Source: Eubacteriales bacterium
GTDB taxonomy: Bacteria; Bacillota; Clostridia; Oscillospirales; CAG-272
DNA length: 64,000 nucleotides
NCBI GenBank assembly: GCA_045653505.1
Contig: JAZOLZ010000001.1
Span: forward strand, 19,223 to 83,222
Direction: 5' to 3'
The notes beneath the pieces were generated by a model. That model did no database searches, had not been told where the DNA came from, and saw only the letters and a program-made list of their open reading frames with translations. Below, piece by piece: positions 20,486-30,509 of this stretch. A program made the position numbers and the translations under genes. Position 1 is the stretch's first letter. The number at the start of each line of letters is the position of its first letter.

Positions 20486-22546
20486 TTAGTCGATTGAGCC
20501 TACAATGTAGGGAGCCATATCGGCTCTTTCCTCAGCAATTCTCTGAGCCTCAGCCTCTTCCTCTGCCTTCTTTGCAGCAAGTTCAGCAGCGCGAGCTTCA
20601 GCAGCTGCAGCTTTCTCAGCCTCTTCCTGAAGAGCACGGATAGAAAGAGCGAGTTTTCTGTTCTCGTCATCGATCTCGGTGATCTTTACGTCAACAACTT
20701 GTCCAACGCTGAGAACGTCAGCGGGGGAGTTGATGCGCTGTGTTGAAATTCTTGAGATGTGGATAAGACCGTCAACGTCCTCAAATACTTCAGCAAAAGC
20801 ACCGAAGGGCATGATAGAAACGATCTTTGCGGGAACAACATCACCAACGTGATACTGCTGTGTGAACTTGAACCATGAATCCATCTCCTGGGTCTTGTAA
20901 CCGAGAGAGATGCGCTTGTTTTCTTTATCAAGTTCCTTAATGAAGACGATGATCTCCTGACCTACAGATACAACCTGTGAGGGGTGCTTGATACGCTTCC
21001 AGGAAAGTTCTGTATTGTGAACCATACCGTCAACACCGCCGATATCAACGAATGCACCGTATGAAGCGAGATTTTTAACAGTACCGGTGTAATGCTTGCC
21101 AACTTCAAGAGTAGCCCAGATAGCTTCCTCAGCAGCAGCCTTTTCAGCATTAAGAATTACCTTAATTGAACCGATAGCCTTCTTTCTCTTTTCATCAAAC
21201 TCGATGAGCTTGATTCTCTGTTCTGTACCAACAAGCTTAGAAAGATCACCGCCCTTTGCGATGCCTGTCTGAGATGCGGGAACAAATACAGTATTTGCAT
21301 CAGCAAGGACAACAACGCCACCCTTTACTGCTGCAGTAACCTTACCGGTGAGGATATCACCATTGTCATAAGCTTCCTTGAGAACAACCCAACTGTTATC
21401 CTTGTCCACTCTCTTCTTGGATACAGTAGCGATACCCTTGTGGTCATCTACGTGAATTACAAACACATCAACTGTGTCACCGCTCTTGAACATATCCACA
21501 AGTTTAACTGTGGGGTCATCGGTAACCTGTTCTTTTACAAGAACGCCGGTAACCTTGGTGCCAAGGTCGAGAGCAACTTCGTTTTCCGAAACGGTAACTA
21601 CTGTGCCTGTAACTGTATCTCCTGTATGTAAAGTTTTGAGTGAGTTCTCAAGAAGTGAAGAGAATTCATTGTTTTCCATAGCCTTATATACCTCCGTTAT
21701 TATACCGTCAGGTGTGGAAGCACCGGCGGTAATGCCAATATTAATTGTGCCGTCATTCTTGAAATCAGGACTTAAATCACTGACAGATTCAATCCATACG
21801 GTATCGGGACATACATCAGACGCAACCTCAAATAGCTTGCGCGTATTTGAACTGTCATATCCTCCGATTACAATGACCTTGTCGGATTTTTTTGCCAGTA
21901 AAGCCGTTTCTTTCTGACGATTTTCAGTGACACTACATATTGTATCAAAAATTTTGGCGTTTGTACATACCTTTTTTAAATTTTTTTTTATTTTTGCAAA
22001 TTCCAACAAATTTTGTGTGGTTTGCGAACATAAAATAGGAATTTTGCCCTCAAAATTCAGCATTTTAAACTCATCAAAGGTGCTGAAAGTATAAACAGTA
22101 CCCTTGGCATAACTCAGAATGCCTATTGCCTCCGGGTGATTTGGGTTGCAATACAGTAGAAATGCCGTATCCGATGAGGTCTCATCTCTGGCGATATTCT
22201 GTATCCTCTTTACATAAGGGCAGGTCATATCGCAAATTGAAATATATTCGTTGCTTTCAGCCAGATTATTAAGGAATTCAAACTTCTTTTGTTCAATGCC
22301 GTGCGCCCTTATTACAAAGGTCAAATTAGTGTTTGGATATTTTTTTACAGTATCCGTCACATCGTCAAACTCAATAGACTTTATATCAAGTTTATCAAGA
22401 CTTTCAAGATAAAGGCGGTTGTGTATCAATTTACCTATGGTAAAAACCTTGCCATCGGTGTCATCGCATATCAATGCCTTTACCCGTTTATCAACCAATC
22501 TGACACCTTGGCAAAATCCGGCACCCTTTGCAAGAGTTACACTCAT
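20486..22546 (-). CDS. ispH: Fusion of 4-hydroxy-3-methylbut-2-enyl diphosphate reductase (IspH) with four S1 RNA-binding domains
   Basis: 686 aa. The N-terminus is IspH-like (GFCQGV). The C-terminal half has repeated S1 motifs (GTVVTV, GKVTAAV, GTVKNLASYGAFVDIGG, VPAKIVSIMPFGAFAEV) and an Ala/Glu-rich tail. Confidence 0.9.
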   Translation of the reverse strand: MSVTLAKGAGFCQGVRLVDKRVKALICDDTDGKVFTIGKLIHNRLYLESLDKLDIKSIEFDDVTDTVKKYPNTNLTFVIRAHGIEQKKFEFLNNLAESNEYISICDMTCPYVKRIQNIARDETSSDTAFLLYCNPNHPEAIGILSYAKGTVYTFSTFDEFKMLNFEGKIPILCSQTTQNLLEFAKIKKNLKKVCTNAKIFDTICSVTENRQKETALLAKKSDKVIVIGGYDSSNTRKLFEVASDVCPDTVWIESVSDLSPDFKNDGTINIGITAGASTPDGIITEVYKAMENNEFSSLLENSLKTLHTGDTVTGTVVTVSENEVALDLGTKVTGVLVKEQVTDDPTVKLVDMFKSGDTVDVFVIHVDDHKGIATVSKKRVDKDNSWVVLKEAYDNGDILTGKVTAAVKGGVVVLADANTVFVPASQTGIAKGGDLSKLVGTEQRIKLIEFDEKRKKAIGSIKVILNAEKAAAEEAIWATLEVGKHYTGTVKNLASYGAFVDIGGVDGMVHNTELSWKRIKHPSQVVSVGQEIIVFIKELDKENKRISLGYKTQEMDSWFKFTQQYHVGDVVPAKIVSIMPFGAFAEVFEDVDGLIHISRISTQRINSPADVLSVGQVVDVKITEIDDENRKLALSIRALQEEAEKAAAAEARAAELAAKKAEEEAEAQRIAEERADMAPYIVGSID

Positions 22547-23868
22547 TTAGTTTCCTCATTATTGTTGATTTCGTTAGACTCAGGGGAGGTGAGTTTGTAT
22601 CCGCCCAAAGCGCATATTTCACCGAATATATGTCTTGCAACCTCTTGATATTTATCATTGCCGCCGTCGCCAAAATCAAGTGTTTCATAGGGGATGGGCT
22701 TGCCGATTACGAGTTCTACCTTTTTAAACCATCCGTATTTGTTGTCCTTAACCTTTATGAATACGGGTAAAACGTCACACTTGGAGCGGTAGGTGATAAG
22801 AGCCGCACCGTTTTTAACGGGAGTGGTACCCGGGTCAACAGCAGGGAAGCGGTGACCTTGCGGGAATATGGAAATAATTTCTCCGTTCTTAGCAAGTTCA
22901 ATAGATTTTTTAATTGCAGCAACGTCGCCACCGCCACGGTCAACCTTGATCGCGCCAAGGGCTGTGATAAGTTGGCTTAAAACGGGAATTTTGAAAAGTT
23001 CGCGTTTTGCTACAAATCTGAGTTGTCTTTTAAGACAGGTTGCTATAACGAATACGTCACGTATAGCAATGTGGTTTGAGCAGACGATAAGTCCACCCTC
23101 CTTAGGTACGTTTTCAAGACCTACAGCCTTAACGCCGATAAAGAATTTAATTATCGGAGCAAGCCAGGGACGTAAAAATCTGTAAAGGAAAGTACCTTGT
23201 TTCTTATTAGTCTTTTTCTCCACTATCTTAAGTATCCTTTCTACAGTGCCTTCAAAATCAAGTTTTGAGTTGTCAACCGTTATTGCATCTTTAGCGGCAA
23301 CGCAGGGAGCAAGTGTACGTGTGGAGTCGTTTTTATCGCGTTCCAGCATCTCATTATAAACGTCATCATAGGTAACCGTTTTGCCCTTAGCAACAAGTTC
23401 GTTATATCTTCTCTCGGCACGCACCTTGGGGGATGCGGTAAGGAAGATCTTAACCTCTGCATTCGGGATAATTACAGTGCCTATGTCGCGTCCGTCCATA
23501 ACAACACTCTGCGTTTTTGCAATGTTTTTTTGATAATCAAGTAAAAAACTGCGGACACTGCCAATAGCACTTACAGCAGAGGCGGCCATAGAGCACTCGG
23601 GGGTGCGTATGCTTTCGCCTACGTCATTACCTTCAAGAGTAATTATCTGCTTGCCATCTTCAAATTTTAAATCAAAATTTATACCTTCAAGTGCTGCGGT
23701 AACCGCCACCTCATCCTTAGGATCAATACCGTTATTCAGCATATATAAGCCGATTGTACGATACAGAGCACCTGTATCAAGATATATAATTCCAAGGCGC
23801 CTTGCAATTGCTTTTGCTACGCTTGATTTTCCGGCGCCACCCGGACCGTCAATAGCAATTCTAATCAT
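22543..23868 (-). CDS. cmk: Fusion of cytidylate kinase (Cmk) with a PlsC-type lysophospholipid acyltransferase
   Basis: 441 aa. The N-terminus IAIDGPGGAGKSSVAK is the Cmk P-loop. The C-terminal half has the acyltransferase NHxxxxD motif (SNHIAIRD) and FPQGHR. An ATGA overlap joins it to ispH. Confidence 0.85.
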   Translation of the reverse strand: MIRIAIDGPGGAGKSSVAKAIARRLGIIYLDTGALYRTIGLYMLNNGIDPKDEVAVTAALEGINFDLKFEDGKQIITLEGNDVGESIRTPECSMAASAVSAIGSVRSFLLDYQKNIAKTQSVVMDGRDIGTVIIPNAEVKIFLTASPKVRAERRYNELVAKGKTVTYDDVYNEMLERDKNDSTRTLAPCVAAKDAITVDNSKLDFEGTVERILKIVEKKTNKKQGTFLYRFLRPWLAPIIKFFIGVKAVGLENVPKEGGLIVCSNHIAIRDVFVIATCLKRQLRFVAKRELFKIPVLSQLITALGAIKVDRGGGDVAAIKKSIELAKNGEIISIFPQGHRFPAVDPGTTPVKNGAALITYRSKCDVLPVFIKVKDNKYGWFKKVELVIGKPIPYETLDFGDGGNDKYQEVARHIFGEICALGGYKLTSPESNEINNNEETK

Positions 23869-23883
23869 ATTAAAATCTCCTAA

Positions 23884-25119
23884 CTATGTTTCTGCCGCAG
23901 ATTTTCCTGCCAAATATCCGGTTGAGAATGCAATCTGCAAATTAAATCCGCCCGTTAATGCATCAACGTCGATAATTTCACCGGCAAAGAATAATCCGGG
24001 TATCAACTTTGATTGCATACTTCTTGGATCAATTTCTTTTACCTCAATTCCGCCCGAGGTGACGATGGCCTCCTCAATAGTTCCCAAAGATGAAAGAGGT
24101 ATAGTGAAGTTTTTGAAAAGACTTACGATTTTTCCTCTTTCCTCTTTTGTTATTGCATTAACCTTTTTGCGCGGATCAATCCCCACCGTTTTAATAAACG
24201 GCTCTACCATTTTGCTGGGCATAAGTTTGTCTATTACATTGATGAGATCCTTGTTGGGAAAGTATGTAAACTCAGCAACAAGTCTTTTGTCAAGTTTGTC
24301 CGATAACAGCGCGGGTTTTAGATCAATATGTGCTGTGAGTTTTGAAATATCGTAATTTCTTATGTATGCAGAGGCAGACAGAACTAATGGGCCGCTTATA
24401 CCGAAATGTGCAAAAAGCATTTCTCCAAAAGAGGTAAATATTTCCTTGCCGTTTTCGTCCTCAATCCACAGCATAATGTTTTTAAGAGACAGACCCTGCA
24501 TTTCCTTACAAAGAGGGGAGTCTGAATATAAAGGCACAAGTGAGGGGATGAGCTCTGTAACGGTGTGACCGAGTTTCATAGCAATACGGTGGCCCGAGCC
24601 GTCTGAGCCCGTTGCAGGATATGATTTACCGCCCGTGGCCAAAATAACCTTATCAAAGATGTAATCGCGACCTGCGGTGACAGTAAAGCTACCGTCCTCA
24701 TTCTTTTTGACTTTCTTTACGTGTTCGTGAATTACGGTTGTGTCAGCACAAAATGAACGCATGGCATCTACTATATCTTTGGCGCACTGCGACTTAGGAA
24801 ATACGCGATGCCCTCTTTCTGTAACCAAAGGTACCTGCAAATCCTCAAAAAACTGCATTGTAAGTTCGGGAGAGAAGGAATTAAGGGCCGTATATAAAAA
24901 CTTGTGGTTTTTAGTAACGTTATTCATAAAGCCCTGTATGTCGGTATTGTTTGTAACGTTACATCTACCTTTTCCTGTGATGCCAAGTTTTCTTCCAAGT
25001 CTTGACTGATGCTCAAATATGATCACCTTTGCGCCAAACATTTGCGCCGTACCGGCTGCCATCATACCTGCTGCGCCACCACCAATTACGCAAACTCTGT
25101 TTTGTATGCCGGTACTCAT
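23884..25119 (-). CDS. HI0933/BaiN-family FAD-dependent oxidoreductase
   Basis: VCVIGGGAAGMMAAG dinucleotide fold and a C-terminal GELIDVDALTGGFNLQ-type motif. The ATG at 25119 overlaps the rpiR stop (ATGA). Confidence 0.8.
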   Translation of the reverse strand: MSTGIQNRVCVIGGGAAGMMAAGTAQMFGAKVIIFEHQSRLGRKLGITGKGRCNVTNNTDIQGFMNNVTKNHKFLYTALNSFSPELTMQFFEDLQVPLVTERGHRVFPKSQCAKDIVDAMRSFCADTTVIHEHVKKVKKNEDGSFTVTAGRDYIFDKVILATGGKSYPATGSDGSGHRIAMKLGHTVTELIPSLVPLYSDSPLCKEMQGLSLKNIMLWIEDENGKEIFTSFGEMLFAHFGISGPLVLSASAYIRNYDISKLTAHIDLKPALLSDKLDKRLVAEFTYFPNKDLINVIDKLMPSKMVEPFIKTVGIDPRKKVNAITKEERGKIVSLFKNFTIPLSSLGTIEEAIVTSGGIEVKEIDPRSMQSKLIPGLFFAGEIIDVDALTGGFNLQIAFSTGYLAGKSAAET

Positions 25120-25973
25120 CGTTTTGCGTATACCTCGTGCTCCTCCCAAAGGCCCTCGAGTGTATCGAATCTTTCGGTGATTTCACGTTCTTTTTTATTG
25201 GTTATCTCAACGATTATAGCGTTTATGATGCTTATAGGAGCTACAAGTGAGTCCATAAATGAAGCCATATCCGACTGCGCTGTAAGCAGATAATCCGAGA
25301 ATTCGGCAAGAGGTGAAATTTCAGAATCCGTGAAAACAATTACTTTAGCGCCCTTGCCTTTAGCATATTTTACAGCCTCAATAGTCTTTTTTGAGTATCT
25401 GGGGAAGGAGAATGCAACAAGTACGTCATCCTCGGTTATAGTAAAGAGCTGCTCAAATACCTCAAACATCGAACTGGGTTGCACGAGCCTTACGTTATCA
25501 AAAATGAGATTAAGGTTATAGTTGAGCGCCATTGCAAGCATTTCTGTGCTTCTGGCACCGGTTATGTAAATTCTTTTTGCCTTGATTATAGCATCAACAG
25601 TGCGGGAAAAGGCGTGTCTGTCGATGGTTTGCATGGTATCGCGTATTTTTTCAATATCTGAGGTCATAACCTTTTCGATAACCTCATTTTTACCTATACG
25701 CTGCTTTGTAACCTCAATGCGTTGGTTTGGAGTAAGTTTTGTACGCACGAGTTCCTGAACGGCATGCTGGAATTCGGAATATCCGTCAAATCCAAGTTCG
25801 CTTGCAAAACGTACAACTGTTGATTCGGAAACGCCAACTGCTAATCCGAGCTTAGAGGCTGTCATGTAAGCAACCTTGTCATAATCGTTTAAAATTGCAT
25901 TTGCAATTTTCTTCTGGCCTTTAGAGAACGTGTGGTATAACTTATCAATGCGTTGTGAAATATCAGTAGCCAT
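25116..25973 (-). CDS. MurR/RpiR family transcriptional regulator (HTH plus SIS domain)
   Basis: 285 aa with an N-terminal HTH_6-like segment (MTASKLGLAVGVSESTVVRFA) and a C-terminal SIS. Confidence 0.85.
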   Translation of the reverse strand: MATDISQRIDKLYHTFSKGQKKIANAILNDYDKVAYMTASKLGLAVGVSESTVVRFASELGFDGYSEFQHAVQELVRTKLTPNQRIEVTKQRIGKNEVIEKVMTSDIEKIRDTMQTIDRHAFSRTVDAIIKAKRIYITGARSTEMLAMALNYNLNLIFDNVRLVQPSSMFEVFEQLFTITEDDVLVAFSFPRYSKKTIEAVKYAKGKGAKVIVFTDSEISPLAEFSDYLLTAQSDMASFMDSLVAPISIINAIIVEITNKKEREITERFDTLEGLWEEHEVYAKR

Positions 25974-26127
25974 TTTTTCCTCACAAATTTAAAATATTTA
26001 ATTCAATTATATCACAATTTATGCAAAAAACAATAGTTTTTTGAAAGTTTTGACAGAATTTCTTGCAAAAAAACAAACAGAGGTATTTAAAATGCAAGAA
26101 AAAACACCTCTGTTTGAAAGTAGAATA

Positions 26128-27570
26128 TTAAATTTTGCTAAGTGCAGTATCAATACGGCTGAGGGTTTCGTCCTTACCTATAACCTGCATAATCTCAGTT
26201 GCTCCTCCGGGGGTAGCGGCCATGCCGGATACGGCAATTCTTACGCACCACATAACAGCGCCGAGTTTAACGCCCAGTTTTTCCGCAAGCGGGGTAAGAG
26301 AAGCAAACAGGGCATCGTTTGAGAAGTCATCCTGTGCGCCAAGAACCTCACGGGCTGCAGCAAGGGCGTTTTTGACTATATCAAAATCGGCAATTTTATT
26401 CTTCTTATTGAGGAAGAGATCCTTCTCATATTCGGGAAGATTAATAAAGAATGCCATTTTTTCATCAAGTTCGGTAAGTTTTGATACGCGTGTCTTTAAA
26501 AGCGAAAGCATCTTTGCCTTATCAATGCTTTCGGGAATGTCTGTTTTAATGAATTTGTCAGCAAGTGCGGCAAATACGTCATCCTCAAGTTTGTGGATGT
26601 ATTCACCGTTAAACCAAAGCAACTTTTCAAAATCGAACACCGCAGGGGATTTAGAAACACCGTCAACGGTAAAGGCGCTCTTCAGTTCATCAAGTGTAAA
26701 GAACTCTACCTCGCTGTTTTTGGGGCACCAGCCGAGCAGGGCAATATAGTTTATAACTGCCTCGGGCAAATAACCGTCGTTAAGCAGATCCTGGAAGGAT
26801 ACGGCGCCGTGTCTTTTTGAAAGTTTGGAAACAGAGCCATCCTCATTTTTACCCATAAGCAGGGGCAAATGCACATATTGGGGTCTTTCCCAACCAAAGG
26901 CGTCGTATAAAAGTACGTATTTTGGGGTGGAGGTGAGATACTCTGAACCACGTACAACATGTGTTACTCCCATAAGGTAGTCATCTACTATATGGGCAAA
27001 GTTATAAGTGGGGTATCCGTCAGCCTTGATAAGAATCTGGTCCTGCAGTTCGGAATTATTCATTGAAATTTCGCCAAAAACGGTATCGGTATAAGAGGTA
27101 ACTCCCTCTCTTGGCATTTTCTGGCGGATAACGTAGGGGATGCCTGCCTTGAGGTTACTCTCAACCTCTTCCTTAGAAAGGTTTCGGCAGTGTCGGTCAT
27201 AACCACCCATAGGATCATCCTCGTGGAGTTTTTCAAGCCTTTCTTTGGTGCAGAAGCAGTAGTACGCATGTCCAAGTTCAATGAGTTTTTTAGCATACTC
27301 CATATATATAGGCTTGCGCTCACTCTGCACGTAAGGGCCGTGCTCGCCGCCTACCTCGGGTCCCTCATCGTAATTAAGTCCCGTTATTTTAAGTGTAGAT
27401 TTAATAACGTCAGTAGCGCCTTCTACCAATCTCTCTCTGTCAGTATCCTCGATTCTTAAAATAAAGTTACCGCCGTCGTGCTTTGCGATAAGATAAGAAT
27501 ACAAAGCAGTACGCAAGTTACCTATATGCATATAGCCTGTCGGGCTTGGCGCAAATCTTGTTACAGTCAT
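26128..27570 (-). CDS. gltX: Glutamate--tRNA ligase
   Basis: 480 aa with RFAPSPTGYMHIGN (HIGH) and KLSKR (KMSKS). Confidence 0.95.
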   Translation of the reverse strand: MTVTRFAPSPTGYMHIGNLRTALYSYLIAKHDGGNFILRIEDTDRERLVEGATDVIKSTLKITGLNYDEGPEVGGEHGPYVQSERKPIYMEYAKKLIELGHAYYCFCTKERLEKLHEDDPMGGYDRHCRNLSKEEVESNLKAGIPYVIRQKMPREGVTSYTDTVFGEISMNNSELQDQILIKADGYPTYNFAHIVDDYLMGVTHVVRGSEYLTSTPKYVLLYDAFGWERPQYVHLPLLMGKNEDGSVSKLSKRHGAVSFQDLLNDGYLPEAVINYIALLGWCPKNSEVEFFTLDELKSAFTVDGVSKSPAVFDFEKLLWFNGEYIHKLEDDVFAALADKFIKTDIPESIDKAKMLSLLKTRVSKLTELDEKMAFFINLPEYEKDLFLNKKNKIADFDIVKNALAAAREVLGAQDDFSNDALFASLTPLAEKLGVKLGAVMWCVRIAVSGMAATPGGATEIMQVIGKDETLSRIDTALSKI

Positions 27571-27717
27571 TTTTATTTCCTTTTCGTTTTCATTTTATTA
27601 CAACAGACATTTTAACACAAAATTTATAGTTAGTCAATTATATTATCAAAAAATGTTTGACTATACGGCCGAAATATTATATAATGTAGTTTGATAAAGC
27701 TAAGAGGAGGTGTTTTC

Positions 27718-29202
27718 TTGTTTAAAAGTACGTTTGCCAAATATCTGGTAGCATTTTTGTCTATTATTTTCATAAGTTTCATGCTTTTTTCAAGCATAAT
27801 CACGGCGATGATGGGCGAGTATGCCAAGTCTGATACAGAGTATGAGTTAAGAAAAACCGCCCAGGCTTTGGTTAACAACATAGAGGATAAAAATGCAGAG
27901 AATATCGAAAATGCGGCTTACATTGAATATTACGCCAATATTCTCATTGATCTGAATCCTGAGATAGAATTTTTTGTCTGCAATTCTTCCGGCAAGATAA
28001 TTCTCAGCACTTTGACAGAAAGCGGTAGCATTGCCGTAAGCGGCGATCTTGGCAATCTTGATGTTAACAGCGAACTTTTTGATGAGCATACCGATGCCGA
28101 AAATGAGATATATCTGAAGTACACAGGCAACATAGTCGAACTTAATCTTCAGGATATCACTATGTACGGTAAAGAAATTGTTACTCAGAATACGGTAAGA
28201 GGATACGTTTTCGCTCTTACGGATAATTCTGATGAAAACGGTATGATTCTTTTCACAAGACAGATAATAATAAACGTATCTGTGTGGGTAATGCTTTCCG
28301 CTATGATAGCGGTCTACTTTATTACAGAGCGCATTATTCATCCCTTAAGAAGTATGACTGCCGCTGTAAATGATTACGGAGCAGGTAAGTTTGAAACTCG
28401 TGTTGCAATTGTGGGAGATGATGAGATAGCAAGGCTTGGCAGGGCGTTTAACGATATGGCTCAAGCACTTGAAAATCTTGATAAAATGCGTAATTCATTC
28501 TTAGCAAGCGTATCACATGACTTGCGCACACCCATGACTACGATTTCAGGCTTTATTGACGGTATAACCTCAGGTGCTATCCCGCAGGAGAAGCATGAAT
28601 ATTACCTTGGTATTATTTCTACAGAGGTACACAGATTATCAAGACTTGTAACACAACTTCTTGATATTTCACGTTATGAATCGGGTGACAGAAAACTGAA
28701 TCAAACCGATTTTGACGTAACTGAGGTCGCCAGACTGATACTTATATCCTTTGAAAAGCAGATTGAAGAAAAAAATCTCGACGTTTCTTTTGAGACAAGT
28801 GAAGATGCTATGCGTGTATTTGCAGACAAGGATGCAATTTATCAGGTTATCTATAATCTTTGTCATAACGCAATTAAATTCTCTAAGCAAAATGGTAAAT
28901 ATGCTATAAAAATCAAGTATATCTCTCCCACAAAGGCGGAATTTTCTGTCTACAATGAGGGTGTAGGAATCGCCAAGGAAGATCTTGAGTTTGTATTTGA
29001 CCGTTTTTATAAGAGTGATAAAAGCCGCGGGCTTGATAAGACGGGTACAGGACTCGGTCTTTACATTTCGCGCACAATTGTTGAGGCTCACGGTGAAAAA
29101 ATATATGTAAAATCAACCGAAAATGTTGATTGCGAGTTTGGATTTACCTTAAAAACCAGTGATCCGTCGCTCGTTGGTGCAAAAATGAAATCTAAAAAGT
29201 AA
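27718..29202 (+). CDS. Membrane sensor histidine kinase (HAMP-HisKA-HATPase); no response regulator adjacent
   Basis: H-box SHDLRTPMT, N-box HNAIKFS and G-boxes GTGLGL. Likely starts at the TTG at 27718, 7 nt after aggagg. Confidence 0.85.
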   Translation: MFKSTFAKYLVAFLSIIFISFMLFSSIITAMMGEYAKSDTEYELRKTAQALVNNIEDKNAENIENAAYIEYYANILIDLNPEIEFFVCNSSGKIILSTLTESGSIAVSGDLGNLDVNSELFDEHTDAENEIYLKYTGNIVELNLQDITMYGKEIVTQNTVRGYVFALTDNSDENGMILFTRQIIINVSVWVMLSAMIAVYFITERIIHPLRSMTAAVNDYGAGKFETRVAIVGDDEIARLGRAFNDMAQALENLDKMRNSFLASVSHDLRTPMTTISGFIDGITSGAIPQEKHEYYLGIISTEVHRLSRLVTQLLDISRYESGDRKLNQTDFDVTEVARLILISFEKQIEEKNLDVSFETSEDAMRVFADKDAIYQVIYNLCHNAIKFSKQNGKYAIKIKYISPTKAEFSVYNEGVGIAKEDLEFVFDRFYKSDKSRGLDKTGTGLGLYISRTIVEAHGEKIYVKSTENVDCEFGFTLKTSDPSLVGAKMKSKK

Positions 29203-29218
29203 GCTAAAGGAGGCAAAA

Positions 29219-30448
29219 ATGGATAGAGTTATTTTACACTGTGACTGTAATTCTTTTTTTGCCTCTGTTGAAGCTGCGGTAAATCCCATTTATAAGAAAC
29301 TTCCGATGGCGGTTTCCGGCAGTGTCACCGAAAGACACGGTATTATCCTTGCAAAAAACGAGATTGCAAAGAAATACGGTATAAAAACTGCTGAGACCGT
29401 TTATTCTGCAAGACAAAAATGTCCCGATCTTATCCTAGTCAAGCCACATTATGAAGAGTATGAGCGGTATTCAAAGAGGGTAAATGCGATTTATTCAAGA
29501 TATACCGATTTGATAGAGCCATTTGGTATTGATGAAAGTTGGCTTGACGTTACTAAAAGCGTGCGTGCCTTTGGCAGCGGAAAAGAGATTGCTGAGAGAA
29601 TACGCAAAGAGGTTAAAGAGGAGCTTGGGATAACCGTATCTATTGGTGTTTCATTTAACAAAGTATTCGCAAAACTTGGTAGTGACTATAAAAAGCCTGA
29701 TGCAGTAACCGTTATTGATAAAAACAATTATAAAGAAATGGTTTTTCCTCTTCCTGCTGCCGATCTTCTGTTCGTAGGGCATAAAACCGGGCGGGAACTT
29801 TTGAGATTTGGCATAGAGACTATCGGAGATCTGGCAAATGCCGATGCCGTACTGCTTGAAAAAAGATTTGGCAAAGCAGGGAATATGCTTGTGGGATATG
29901 CTAACGGCGAGGATGATACTCCCGTAATATCCGAGGCACAATCGGAGGATGCAAAAAGTATAAGTAATGGCTATACCTTCAGCCACAACATCGTTACTGT
30001 CAATGAATGTAAAACAGCTATCGAATATCTTGTCGAGGAAATAGGCAACAAGTTAAGGCGTCAAGGATTTAAATGCACAACCGTTTCTTTGACAATCAAG
30101 GATGAATTTTTGCGCTCTGTGCAGAGGCAAAGACCATGCTTGGGGGGAACTGACACTAATTCTGAAATCGCAAAAATTGCCTTTAAAATTCTTGAGGATG
30201 AGTGGCAGGGTGGCAAGCCGATTCGAATGATTACGGTGTGTGCGAGTGGCCTAAAAAAGCAGGTGGTCGAAAAATCGCAAACAGACTTTTTTGCCAACAC
30301 GCAAAAAAAGGAAAGCACATCCACGGAAGATAAAAAATACGATAAAACGGTAGATAAAATAAGGCAGAAATATGGAAATGCCGCAATTACACGTGGCGCA
30401 GTTCTTGGCAGTGACTTAGGAATAAACAAAAAAATCAATAAAAAATAG
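29219..30448 (+). CDS. dinB: DNA polymerase IV (Y-family)
   Basis: 409 aa with ILHCDCNSFFASVE and SIDESWLDVT. Confidence 0.92.
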   Translation: MDRVILHCDCNSFFASVEAAVNPIYKKLPMAVSGSVTERHGIILAKNEIAKKYGIKTAETVYSARQKCPDLILVKPHYEEYERYSKRVNAIYSRYTDLIEPFGIDESWLDVTKSVRAFGSGKEIAERIRKEVKEELGITVSIGVSFNKVFAKLGSDYKKPDAVTVIDKNNYKEMVFPLPAADLLFVGHKTGRELLRFGIETIGDLANADAVLLEKRFGKAGNMLVGYANGEDDTPVISEAQSEDAKSISNGYTFSHNIVTVNECKTAIEYLVEEIGNKLRRQGFKCTTVSLTIKDEFLRSVQRQRPCLGGTDTNSEIAKIAFKILEDEWQGGKPIRMITVCASGLKKQVVEKSQTDFFANTQKKESTSTEDKKYDKTVDKIRQKYGNAAITRGAVLGSDLGINKKINKK

Positions 30449-30509
30449 AGCCGAATTGCTTAAAATTCGGCTCTGTTTTTTTGTTAATTCAGTCCACGTT
30501 TTGTAATCG

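Noticed and set aside
23603-24355. Long antisense shadow ORFs inside real genes, for example 23603-24355 (250 aa), 26135-26749 (204 aa), 38510-39097 (195 aa) and 27847-28341 (164 aa)
   Set aside because: They lie opposite confidently identified genes (the oxidoreductase and cmk, gltX, rel, and the kinase). Their composition is low-complexity or repetitive and they have no RBS. They are typical antisense artefacts.
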